DNA of 64,000 bases from Zancudomyces culisetae HAW-14-8. Lineage: Eukaryota; Fungi; Kickxellomycota. The position numbers and the translations under genes are program-made. Location: positions 1 to 64,000 of the forward strand of contig JBNJNM010000019.1 in assembly GCA_052426225.1 (NCBI GenBank), read 5' to 3'. Positions 49,927 to 61,195 of this stretch are shown here, piece by piece; positions within the stretch are counted from its first letter, which is position 1; each line of letters opens with the position of its first letter. The notes under the pieces were generated by a model, which did no database searches, was not told the origin of the DNA, and was given only the letters and a program-made list of their open reading frames with translations.

Positions 49927-51250
49927 TTTTCTTTTTCTTCCTTTTTGATTGATTTTTGTAGTTGTTGTTTTTTGCAGTTGTTGATTTTTATTTTTTTGAC
50001 TCTCTTTTGTCAGAATATAAAATACAGAGATACACAAGGAAGCAAGAACTTGATGATATGCAAATACTATACATTTGGTACACATAAATACATCAGTTAA
50101 GGATAAAAAATTATCAAGTAGAGTTATACATACATTCAAGTGGTTGGGAACAATAAACAAACCATCCCCCAGGAAAAAAGCTAGTTTTATAGTTGTAACA
50201 ATAATTAAGTACAAGGTACTTGGTTGTTCTTTAAAAACATAATGTAATACAATTTAAATACCTATAAACCACAGAGTTAGTTTCGAACTTGCCAAAGTAC
50301 TCAAAAAGTGTAGTGTATGTTCAAGGATCTTAAAAGATGTCTATGTGTTAATTAGGTGCAATCCTGAGCCCTCATACATTTCTTTTTTTCGGAGGAGTGA
50401 GATATGTAGCCTATCCTTCGTTTTTCGAATATTTTCAAGTACAAGAATAAAAAATATATATGTGTAAGAGAAGATAAGAAAGAAAAAAAGATAGAGTTTA
50501 GAGACGAAATGTTAATAGAGAGAAGCCTATAACACAACCTTGAATTCTCTCTGCTTCATCCTTTCATCGTCCTTCCATTCCATTCCACTCATCTCTTCTG
50601 CTATTCCCTAATTCCCAAAAAAAACGGCATGAAATATAATTTCCACTCTTTTTATTGATTAATCTTGTTAAAAACTGAGAAGAAATTGGCGGGATTCAGA
50701 TAATAGTAAAGCATTTGAAATTTTAAGGAGGTAAAGTGTGATTTGCACAAATGAGTTTTTTATATTCTAGCTGACAAATTGTAAAAATTTTTAGCAATCA
50801 AATAAATATACAAGGGATTAATGAACGATTAAAAAAATAGAGTGGAATATGAGTTTTAAATCCATGGCAGATTATGGTTTGTTTAATATTATGAAATACT
50901 AGATAATTGTATTAGTAGAAAAATACTCTTGATGTGTGTATGCCATTTATGAATCTTTCGAACATACTCAACCAAATGACCAAAAAAAATTTCAAAGTAA
51001 ATTACTTAGAGTACACATTTCTGAATCGTTACCATCTAAGTCCTACTGCTGACTTCGCGTCAATTTCAATTGACTTCAATTTTCATTTTTTGATAGATAT
51101 ATGGGTGTGGTGGGTGGGTATCAAGCGTATTATTCTAATCGTACAATTATGATAGTTTTTGATATTATTCAAACAAACTATAATTGTATTTCGTTTGAAA
51201 AATACATTTGATGTGCATTCAAAGTGCACTTATGCTAAATAATAAATACC

Positions 51251-51655
51251 TGTCAAGATCTGGAGTCGGTAGTTATATTTTATGTTAAAAAGTTTATTTT
51301 ATGAATGTATAGAAGATACTAGTTACTAAATCCTTGAACAAAAATCGTAAATTTTTAATACTTTTTCTGCTATTAGTTTCGATATTCCAATAATCGAAAC
51401 TAAAAGAAATAGAATGTAATAGAAAAGAGAGTGAGTTTGAATTCAATTGTGCTTATGAATCAAGTTGAATTAGTAATCAAAATAAAGTCGTTATTGATGA
51501 CTGAAAAAATTAAACATATAAAATTAATACAAAAAAAAATCTATAAGAAATTTCTGAAATGTTCTAGAATGTTAGGATACATTCTAAACATTACTGCGGA
51601 TGTAAATCAGATGATTCTAGAACGTTTTCGAACATTCTAGAATCAGTTCATGACA
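51251..51655 (-). repeat. 3' LTR, family 1
   Basis: TGTCAAGATCTGGAGT...GAATCAGTTCATGACA ends shared with 56544-56919; adjacent to the PPT. Confidence 0.9.
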
Positions 51656-51667
51656 CGACCTCCTCTC

Positions 51668-54600
51668 TTAAGGCTGAGCTCCGTGAAGCATTTGTGTTGG
51701 CTTTGGTTTTTCAGGATGGTGACAATGAAATTCAGTAACAAGATACTTTGCATTTGCTAAGTCAGAATATGTTTGCCAGGTACGTTCAGTGTCTGGGTAT
51801 CCTTTCCAGTGTACCAGGTATTTGACAGTTCTACCAAATATTTTACTATCTAGGATTTTCTCAACTTCATATTCTTCTTGGCCATAAATAATCACAGGTA
51901 GAAGTGGTTTTGATGGTCTGTCTGGAATCAGATCTGGTTTACAAGGTTCAAGGAGATTGACGTGGAATACTGGGTGAATCTTCATTGTGTGTGGTAGCTG
52001 GAGTTTGTATGATCTTTGTCCAATCTTTTCCAATACTTTGAATGGGCCAAGTTTCCGATAGTCAAGCTTCTTGCTTGGTCTTTGAGTCCTGATGTTTTTA
52101 GTTGAGAGATAGACAAGATCACCAATGTTGAAGTCAGGTTGTGATGATACTTTTCGGTTGTAGTATTTCTCATGGTCTTCAAGGGCAAGGGAGATGTTAA
52201 ACTTCAGTTCTTGATGGATATCAGATAGTAGTTTGGATCTATCAGAGGAAGCAGGATTTAAAACTTGAGTACGAGGAATTGTGACTGAGAAGCGTGGATG
52301 GAAGCCATAGTTTGCGTAGAAAGGTGTGGTCTTAGTAGAAGCATGGGATGTGTTGTTGTAGGCGAATTCGGCAATTGGTAACCACTTTGACCAATCAGTT
52401 TGTTGGTAATCAATGTAGCACCTGAGATACTGTTCCAATACTGAGTTTACGCGTTCAGTTTGTCCATCTGTCTGAGGATGGAATGCGGTGGACATTTTCT
52501 GTTCAATATTCAGTGATTTCATTAGAGTACGCATGAATGATGAATTGAAGGTCACACCTCTATCAGATACGATGTCTTTAGGGAGCCCATGTTTGCAGAA
52601 GACATGTTGGATAAACAGATCTGCAGTACCTTCAGCATCAATTTCATTGGTTGTGGGAACAAAATGCGCCATCTTGGTAAGGCGATCCACAAATACACAG
52701 ATTGCAGTAAAGTTATTGGATGGAGGTAGCTGAGTGATGAAGTCGACAGAAACAGATGACCAAGGTGAATCAGGAACGGGAAGTGGAGCGAGGTAGCCAT
52801 ATGGTTTATGGCGAGAGGATTTGTTGCGTTGACAGGTATCGCAACCAGAGATGTAGTCTTTGATATATTTTCTCATGGTTGGCCAGTAAAAGTTGCGAGA
52901 TACAAGTTCGTATGTCTTTGCATTTCCAAAGTGGCCGGCAGCAGGGGAATCATGGCATTCAATCAGGATAGTTCTTTTGATGTTGTCGTCCGAGGGGATA
53001 CAGATTAGTCCATCATAGTGCAGAAGATTGTCAACAAGAGTGTACTTTTCATGAGAATCAGGTTTCTTGGATAAGTCAGTGTAAATGGGTCCAAAGTACG
53101 TGTCTTTGGGTTGTAGTGACTTGATGTTGTTCATGAGCGTGGATGACAAAGGTTCAACAGGTGTACTAGTCATGGACTTCAAGAAGATTTCAGGAGGCAG
53201 CAAAGTTATTTTGTTTTGGTCAGTACGGGAGTCACCCCCCTTCCAAGGTTGGTCTTTCCGAGAAAGAGCATCGGCGGCAGTGTTCTGTTTTCCAGGGCGG
53301 TACTTGATGACAAAGTTGAAGTTACTGAGGTATTCTGACCATCTGACTTGGCGGCGACTAAGATTTCTGGTAGTGGAGAAGTATTCCAAGTTTTTATGGT
53401 CGGTCATAACAACGGTTGGGTGTACAGAAAATTCAAGGTAGTGACGCCAGTGAGCAAAAGCGTCGATAATTGCTAACAGTTCCTTATCATAGATTTGATA
53501 ATTCACTTCAGCAGGCAGGAGTTTCCGGGAGTAGTATGCAACAGGGTGGAGTTGTCCCTCGTTGTCATACTGGCTGCAAATGGCACCTAATGCAAAATCT
53601 GATGCATCGGTTTCGATGATACAAGGCTGGTCAGGATTGTAGTGAGCTAAGACTGGGTTACTGATCATGGTTTCTTTTAGCAAGGCGAAAGCTTCTTCAG
53701 CTTTGGGTGTCCACTGGAATTGAACACCTTTTTTCAACAAGGCGGTGAGTGGCAGAGATATCTTGGAGTAGTTCAGAATAAAACGGCGGTAGAAGTTTGT
53801 AAGGCCAAGGAATGCCTGAACGTCACGGACACAAGTTGGTGTCTTCCATTCGGTGACGCTGGATACTTTAGATGGATCCATAGAGATTCCGTTGGGGCCA
53901 ATTACAAAACCGAGGAACTGTACTGATTGTACATCAAACTCACATTTCTCTAGCTTGAGGGTGAGATTGTGTTCCTGAAGCTTCTTCAAGACAAGGCAGA
54001 CGTGGTCATAGTGCTTATCGATATCATATGAGTAGATTAACAGATCATCGATGTACACAACAAGGAATTGATCAATGTATTCACGGAAGAGATCGTTAAC
54101 AAAGGACTGGAACGTGGCTGGAGCATTCGTAAGGCCAAACGGCATGACCTTATACTCGAAGTGGCCGTAGCGTGTACGAAACGCGGTCTTCCATTCTTCA
54201 CCAGGCGAGATCCTGATCATGTGGTATGCGGATTTCATATCCAGCTTGGTGAATATCTTGGCTTTGCCAAGCCGATCCAAGGTTTCAGAGATGAGTGGCA
54301 AGGCTGCACGGTTGGGGACAGTGATCTTATTCAGGGCTCTGTAGTCGACGCACAACCGGAGACTACCATCTTTCTTTTTTACAAATAAGACGGGAGCCCC
54401 AGCCGGGGATTCAGAGCGTTGGGTAAAACCATTAGCTAGGTTTTCCTGGATGAGGTCATACAGGGTCTTTAGTTTCAATTGGGAGAGGTTGTACAATGGG
54501 CCATATGGAATTTTGGAGTCAGGAAGCAAAGGAATGGTATGATCATATGGACGATGTTCAGGCAGTTTGGCAGATTGGGATTCAGAGAAGACAGATTCAA

Positions 54601-55285
54601 ACATTTTATACTTTTCAGGGATTACAGGAGTAACAGGGTTTTTAAGAGAAGATTCAGAGACAAGACAGAGATTTTCACAAGATTTAGGAGCTACAAGAGA
54701 TTCAAGATTGTTCACGGTAATTGCACCAGCATAGACAGTGTCTGGTGCCTTCAGATGTTCTTTAAACTGGTTTGAGCCCACAAGAGAGATGTCTAGGTTG
54801 ACATGGTTGGGCCCACAAGAAGTCAAGGTACAAGGCAGATGGACTATGTTCTCAGTCCAGTTGATGTCAGGATTGTGTTGTTGAAGCCAGGAAAGACCAA
54901 GGATGATTGGTGAAGATCCAAGATCTATTTGTTGCAGATAGATACTTTTGAGATGGTTATCATTGATTTTTAGTGTTACTTGGGAGGCAGAGTTGGATCT
55001 AAGCTTTGATCCGTCAGCGAGCGTGATTGTCATTTTTCTAGATATAGATGGTAGATTGTTTTTTAGAGCAAAGGTGGCGTCAATGAACGAGGACGAAGCA
55101 CCAGAGTCAACCATAGCGTAGGTTTTGATGTGATGGTGCTTGGTCAAGATGGTTACAGGAATGATCAAGATGTTTGGTTTATCAGGAGATTGGGTGTCAG
55201 AAACAGGAGTGGTTACAGTGGCGTGGGGACTGGCTAAGTTGCCCAATAGGTGTCCCTTACTGTCTACTGGGCGGTGTCGTTTTCC
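51668..55285 (-). CDS. Gypsy Pol: protease, RT, RNase H, integrase, chromodomain (open frame)
   Basis: MVDSGA, YIDD, TDAS, HDSPAAGH..CDTC, SDRG..QTERVN, YEVEKIL..YLVHWKGY. Confidence 0.97.
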   Translation of the reverse strand, partial: GKRHRPVDSKGHLLGNLASPHATVTTPVSDTQSPDKPNILIIPVTILTKHHHIKTYAMVDSGASSSFIDATFALKNNLPSISRKMTITLADGSKLRSNSASQVTLKINDNHLKSIYLQQIDLGSSPIILGLSWLQQHNPDINWTENIVHLPCTLTSCGPNHVNLDISLVGSNQFKEHLKAPDTVYAGAITVNNLESLVAPKSCENLCLVSESSLKNPVTPVIPEKYKMFESVFSESQSAKLPEHRPYDHTIPLLPDSKIPYGPLYNLSQLKLKTLYDLIQENLANGFTQRSESPAGAPVLFVKKKDGSLRLCVDYRALNKITVPNRAALPLISETLDRLGKAKIFTKLDMKSAYHMIRISPGEEWKTAFRTRYGHFEYKVMPFGLTNAPATFQSFVNDLFREYIDQFLVVYIDDLLIYSYDIDKHYDHVCLVLKKLQEHNLTLKLEKCEFDVQSVQFLGFVIGPNGISMDPSKVSSVTEWKTPTCVRDVQAFLGLTNFYRRFILNYSKISLPLTALLKKGVQFQWTPKAEEAFALLKETMISNPVLAHYNPDQPCIIETDASDFALGAICSQYDNEGQLHPVAYYSRKLLPAEVNYQIYDKELLAIIDAFAHWRHYLEFSVHPTVVMTDHKNLEYFSTTRNLSRRQVRWSEYLSNFNFVIKYRPGKQNTAADALSRKDQPWKGGDSRTDQNKITLLPPEIFLKSMTSTPVEPLSSTLMNNIKSLQPKDTYFGPIYTDLSKKPDSHEKYTLVDNLLHYDGLICIPSDDNIKRTILIECHDSPAAGHFGNAKTYELVSRNFYWPTMRKYIKDYISGCDTCQRNKSSRHKPYGYLAPLPVPDSPWSSVSVDFITQLPPSNNFTAICVFVDRLTKMAHFVPTTNEIDAEGTADLFIQHVFCKHGLPKDIVSDRGVTFNSSFMRTLMKSLNIEQKMSTAFHPQTDGQTERVNSVLEQYLRCYIDYQQTDWSKWLPIAEFAYNNTSHASTKTTPFYANYGFHPRFSVTIPRTQVLNPASSDRSKLLSDIHQELKFNISLALEDHEKYYNRKVSSQPDFNIGDLVYLSTKNIRTQRPSKKLDYRKLGPFKVLEKIGQRSYKLQLPHTMKIHPVFHVNLLEPCKPDLIPDRPSKPLLPVIIYGQEEYEVEKILDSKIFGRTVKYLVHWKGYPDTERTWQTYSDLANAKYLVTEFHCHHPEKPKPTQMLHGAQP

Positions 55286-56483
55286 TGTGTTGGTGTAATG
55301 CTGGAGATGTTGTGACGTTTCTTTGGACAGTTGATGTTGAAATGGTCATTACCGCCACAATAGAGACAGAGGTTGTTTTCGATACGGTATGCTCTTTGAG
55401 CAGGAGTAAGTGGTGGTCTTTTAGTCGATGAAGCGGTACTGAGATCCATTGGTTGCGGTCCATCACTATTAGCTGGTGGAGTGGTAGATGGTGCAGAAAC
55501 AGGTGAAGCAAACGGGTTGTAAGCAGTGGGTTTGGGTGGCATAGTTGCAGTGGGGTTAACTGGAGGTTGACGACGTTGTGGATGGCTGAGGAGGCGGTTG
55601 TCGATCTGGATGGCTGTAGAGATCAGGGTATCGATGTCTTCTATTGGTTCTCTATGGTTGAGTTCCTGGGATACGTTGTACTTGAGACCGGATAGAAACT
55701 GTGAGATCAAAGGTGGTTGGTTCCAGTCAATTAACATCTGTAGGCGTCTAAACTCGGTGGCATATGCGGCAACGGAAGTGGTTTGGCGGAGTTGGCGGAT
55801 TGCCCTATCAGCATTCTCAATAGGGTTGGGATCACCAAAGGCACGAGTGATAGTTTCTTTAAACAGATTGTAGTTGGAGAGGATGGCAGGACGATCAGAC
55901 TCTGGAAGGTTTGCTTTCATGAGGTAAGGTTCCATGTAACTGAATGGTGTGCCTGAGAGGTAGGAGATGGCATCAAGACTTTACTTGAGTCTGTGTTGAA
56001 TTTATCGGGTGAAGCGGCAAAGACGAGAGCAAGCTGTGAAAAGAAGTTGGAACAGGCGGAGGGTTTTCCTGAAAATGTGTCTGGGTGTCTTACTTTGATA
56101 CTAGGTTCAGAAGTACTAGCAACTTTGGTGGCACGGTTTTCAGTTATATAAAGTATGACTTCGTTCCTGAGGGTACTGAGCTGGTCCTGAAGGGATTGGA
56201 TTTCCAACTGGTTGGCCTGTATGGCGCTTTGGGTCAGCTGGTCTGAATTCTGGATATCGGACTGGAGGTTTTTCATGGAGTCAAGAATGGTCTGGATGGA
56301 CTTGGTGGTGTCTGCTTTGACCTTGTCATAAATTTTCTTGGATACTGTGGCAGGGTGTTCCTTGATGGCAGACTCGGCTTTTTCTACTCTTATTAGTAGT
56401 TGCTGGAGGGCTTCTTCAACTGCTGGCAGGGTCACGGCGGCTTTGTTGAGGAATTCAACTTGTTCTGGGCTAAACGGTTCCAT
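55264..56483 (-). CDS. Gypsy Gag with CCHC knuckle (1-nt frameshift near 55973)
   Basis: PDTFSGK, LRQTTSVAAYATEF, PMDLS, CLYCGGNDHFNINC. Confidence 0.9.
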
Positions 56484-56543
56484 GGTTAAAATACTTAGGC
56501 TGGTTTCAGAAAATAATAAATATAATATTTTGATCTAGTATAG

Positions 56544-56919
56544 TGTCAAGATCTGGAGTTTGGAAAGTTATATTTATTATTATTAAAGTTTATTGTATGA
56601 ATGTATAGTAGATACTAGATACTGAATCAAAGACAGGAAAATTGTACCCTTTTTATACTTTTTTCCAGCCTTGGTTTTTGAACAAAATCACTATGAAAAC
56701 TGCGGAATAGCTAAAAATGAAAGGTAAAGAAAAACGTGTTTGATTACTAATCAAATTGGATTAGTAATCAAACAAAAATCAAATATGAATGCTAATATAA
56801 TTAAACATGTGTAAATTATTACGTAAGAAAAATTAATTTATATTGTGAATTTTCGGTAATGATCTAGAATGTTGGGGAATATTCTAAACATTACTGCGGA
56901 ATAGAATCAGTTCATGACA
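56544..56919 (-). repeat. 5' LTR, family 1 (diverged from the 3' LTR)
   Basis: Same termini as the 3' LTR; TATAAAA at 56657-56651 and AATAAA at 56594-56589 on the - strand. Confidence 0.88.
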
Positions 56920-58304
56920 AGCAGTTTCAATGTACTTTATAGTTGACTTACCTTGTTCAGAAGGTTGTACTGTTATCTTAGTGGTAGTAGATCGATTAAC
57001 TAAGATGGCACACTTCGTACCTATTAAATCTACACCAACTGCCTTAGAAACTGCCAAAAAATTTATTAAACATATATTTAAACTTCATGGGATGCCACAG
57101 AACATAGTTTCAGATCGTGGAACACAATTTGTTTCAAAATTTTCTAAAGAACTAACACGCCTACTTAAAATATCTTTGAGTATGACTTCAGCACTATACG
57201 CTCAGTATGATGGGCAGACTGAGCGTGTAAATCAAATCCTCGAACAGTATTTACGCTGTTTTATCAATTTTCAACAGGACAACTGGGTTCAACTGTTACC
57301 TTTGGCTGAATTCGCATATAACAATGCGACATATTCAAGTTCCAAAGTTAGCCCTTTCTACTCCAATTATTGTTATAATCCTAACTTAACTTTAGATAGT
57401 ACAATTGAATCTCCAGTTCCTCAAGCAGAAGAGTTTATTAAGCATTTAAAAAATATTCAATCCGAGCCAACTGTTCAATTATGCAAGGCTAAAAATAATT
57501 ATAAAAGATTTGCAGATCTTAAAAGAAAAGATTCACAAGACTTTACAATAGGAAAAAAGGTCTGGTTATCACAACAAAATATTAAATCTACTAGACCATG
57601 TCGGAAGTTGGATTATAAGTACATTGGTCCTTTTGAGATTATGGAAATTATAAATCCAGTTGCTGTTAAACTTCGTTTACCTCCAAGTATGCGAATACAT
57701 CCTGTATTTCACATATCACTGTTGAAACCACACAAAACCACCTCATTTTCTAATCGTGTTCAAGATCCTCCACCACCTGTTATTGTTAATGATCAGATAG
57801 AATATGAAGTATCAGAGATTTTAGATTCTAAAACTGTTCACGGCAAATTAAATTATTACATTGATTGGAAGGGTTATCTTCCAGAAGAAAGAACTTGGGA
57901 ATACGCGACAGATGTACACGCTCCTGGATTAATAAACAATTTTACAGACTATATCCGAATAAACCACGTTGATTAGCCTTAAGAGGGAGTAATGTCATGA
58001 ATATGACATGAAAAGATTTTGAATTAGTATTGTTACAATACTGATCCAAAACACTCATTTTAATTGAAACATTTTGTTGTTTTAATTATTTACTTAAGTA
58101 ATGATACTAACACAAAACCATAATTATAATTATAACATTAATCTTACATTAGTTAATTATAATATTAGTACATGTTTTTATTAGTAATATTATTGAATAT
58201 ATAAAGTAATATTTTTTCGCTATGAAATCCTTAGCGATAAAATGTTATCTTATTCTAAATAAAATATTTTCAAGCAACAATAGTACCTAGTGTCAATCGT
58301 GACA
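56920..58304 (+). mobile_element. 3' fragment of a second Gypsy: integrase and chromodomain ORF (to 57976), PPT, LTR 57993-58304
   Basis: VDRLTKMAHF, SDRG, QTERVNQ, YEVSEIL..WKGY; PPT AAGAGGGAG; TGTCA..TGACA. Confidence 0.9.
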
Positions 58305-58641
58305 CCATCTTTCTTTTTTACAAATAAGACGGGAGCCCCAGCCGGGGATTCAGAGCGTTGGGTAAAACCATTAGCTAGGTTTTCCTGGATGAGGTCATAC
58401 AGGGTCTTTAGTTTCAATTGGGAGAGGTTGTACAATGGGCCATATGGAATTTTGGAGTCAGGAAGCAAAGGAATGGTATGATCATATGGACGATGTTCAG
58501 GCAGTTTGGCAGATTGGGATTCAGAGAAGACAGATTCAAACATTTTATACTTTTCAGGGATTACAGGAGTAACAGGGTTTTTAAGAGAAGATTCAGAGAC
58601 AAGACAGAGATTATCACAAGATTTAGGATCTACAAGGGATT
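58305..58641 (-). repeat. 337-bp near-identical copy of family-1 pol (54366-54702)
   Basis: Direct sequence match; about 3 substitutions seen, near the right end. Confidence 0.92.
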
Positions 58642-58810
58642 ATGTCAGGATCAGACAACTAGGTAATAATTATTTTATTTTAATAAGTTATTAAAAGTAG
58701 TATATATCTTTTGAAGTTAATTTATTCTGAAGTTATCTTTCATTAAAAACTATGGCTATATAAACTTTTTTCAAAACTACTTAAAACTATGAAAATCATT
58801 GTTATAACTA

Positions 58811-60541
58811 CAGTGAGATATAAAAATGTCGCAAAATATTGATAATACTTTTCAAAGTGTAATATCTCGCTCAATTTATCCAGAAATTATATGTTTTTAT
58901 ATTATAAATGCACAAATGTTATATTATATTTTTATATGATATTAATATTATTGGTTAAAAATTCATTATGAAATTATAAATTGAAAAAATTTTAAAAATG
59001 AGACAAATTTGGGAATTTCAATAAAAAAATTTAAACTATCATAACTTTATGAATTCAAATTATAAATTTTTAAAACTTTTACATAATTTAATATATAACA
59101 ACATTATACTGATCAAAAGTGTAATTTATTTAAAAAATGATATCTGAACAACGTAAACTGGATATAAAAAACGCGATACTTGAAGGCAGAAGCATTGACC
59201 AAATCATTATAGTAAATGGAGTTAGTAAAGCAAAATATACAGAATTAAAGCAGCAATGAATATCAATTTACCGGCTAATAAACGCGGTCATCCAGCGAAG
59301 CTTTCACCCCAAAGCAAGCGATTATGTACTAGGATGATATTATCTGGAGAGTATCGATCTGCTACTTCGATACAAAAGAAGTTAGAAATGGATAATATTG
59401 TTAGTGCTATTAAGTCTACAATATATTGGGCTTTTAATGATTGAAAAGCCGTTGCAAAAAAAAATGCCTCCAAACCGAAACTGAGCCTTTAAAATATATC
59501 AAAAAGGTTGAGATTCGCAAAATCTCATCGCCACTGGACTACTGATGATTGGAGGCAATTAATTTGGTCCGACAAAACTAAAATCATTGATTTGGATCTG
59601 ATGGAAATGAATGGAATTGGGTTCGTGATGGTGTGAGTCTACAGCCGCACAATATTAACCAGACTGTCATGACCCATTCATGATATTATTGCTATTTTTA
59701 ATAAATATTAAAAATAGCAAATGTTAAATTTATTAACGTTTTCTCCGCTTTAATTCTTACTCCATAAATTATTAATTATGGAGTAAGAATTAATAATTTT
59801 TAATAATTTGGTTTTACCCCATATTATTAAATGTTAACTGTGGAGTTCACAGTTAATAATATTTAGTTTAAGTTATAGTTTAATTATAGTTTTTATAATG
59901 TTTTACAATTAATTTTGTATATTGTAAAACTATATAAGGACAAGGATTTTATTGCTTTAGGAAACTTTAGCAATAAAATACTTTTCATCTCATAGTATTA
60001 TATTAAATAAATCATAGCCATAGTTAATACAAATAGTACTTAGTGTCAAGTCGTGACACAGACCGTAAAACACGGTGGTGGATCACAAATGATTTGGGGA
60101 TGCATCACAGCATCTGGAACTGGCTACATGTGCCTAATAGAAGGAATTTGAAACAAGAAAGGTTATTTAAACATTTTATAATACGAGCTTAGCAATACAA
60201 TAAAGTACTACAAGTTGGATCCCAAGTCAATAATATTCAAATAAACAATGATCCTAAACATACCGCGAAGGTAGTTACCAGCTGGCTTGAAAACCAGGAT
60301 TATAATACATTGGACTGGCCGCCACAATCTCCAGACGTAAACCCAATTGAAACTATATGGGCAATCATCAAAAGATGTCTAAAGATACAGTAAACCTCCG
60401 TCCCGGATGATCGAATTATGGGAGCGAATAGAAACGGAATGGAATTTAATTTCAGTGGAAACAATACTTGGTCTTATAGATAGTATGCTCAAAAAAGTTG
60501 AGGCAGTTATCAAGTCTAAAGGAAGGTGGACAGAACTTTAA
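58811..60541 (+). mobile_element. Tc1/mariner DNA transposon relic (transposase pseudogene from 59137) interrupted by a solo LTR
   Basis: TA|CAGTG left end; WSD, TVKHGGGS..IWGC, NDPKH and WPPQSPDVNPIE motifs with stops and frameshifts. Confidence 0.88.
59665..60058 (+). repeat. Solo LTR (family 2-like) with 5-bp TSD CAGAC
   Basis: TGTCATGA...TCGTGACA flanked by CAGAC on both sides; removing it restores NQTVKHGGG. Confidence 0.93.
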
Positions 60542-60570
60542 GCTTTTTTTTACAATATTTCCAAAATTGT

Positions 60571-60920
60571 TGGTATGATCCATTCATGACATTATTGCAA
60601 TTTTTAATATGCGATAAAAAAATAGCAAATGTTAATTTTATTACATTTTATATATTTTATATATTTTGGGGTAATACCAATTTATGTATAATGTTAACTG
60701 TGGATTGAAATTACTTATAAATTAGTTATTATGTTTATAGTTTTAAGTTTAGTTTTAAGTATGTTTTAAAAGTATTATTGAATTTTATAAAACCTTATAA
60801 GCTCAAGGATTTTATTGCTTTAGGAATCTTTAGAAATAAAATGCTTACATCTCATAGTATTTTATTAAATAAATCATAGTTATAGTTAATACAAATAGTA
60901 ATTAGTGTCAAGTCGTGACA
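60571..60920 (+). repeat. Second, more degenerate solo LTR of the same family
   Basis: Collinear with 59665-60058; ends TAGTGTCAAGTCGTGACA. Confidence 0.85.
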
Positions 60921-60963
60921 ATCATTCTATCATACAAGCCCTATAGTAGTTAATAAATAGTAA

Positions 60964-61195
60964 TGATCAACTCCAGATGTTTATATTAAGTTTAAATAGT
61001 TTTAATCAAGTTTATAATTTATAACAATAAGCATACGATACATTTATACATTTATAATAAAAAGATAATTAATTAAAAGTAAAAATTTAATTATACAACT
61101 GAATGCTAGGGAACATTCTACAACATTGCTGCGGATATTAATCAGACGATTCTAGAACGTTTTCGAACATTTTAGAATCGGTATATGACACGACC
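60964..61195 (-). repeat. Degenerate family-1 LTR fragment with adjacent CGACC junction
   Basis: CTGCGGA..ATCAGA.GATTCTAGAACGTTTTCGAACATT..ATGACACGACC matches 51594-51660; the left boundary is approximate. Confidence 0.75.

Larger units (their letters stand above)
51251..56919 (-). mobile_element. Ty3/Gypsy chromovirus LTR retrotransposon (Tf1/Tf2-like)
   Basis: LTR-gag-pol-PPT-LTR layout; LTRs are bounded by TGTCA..TGACA; PPT AGAGAGGAGG precedes the 3' LTR. Confidence 0.95.
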
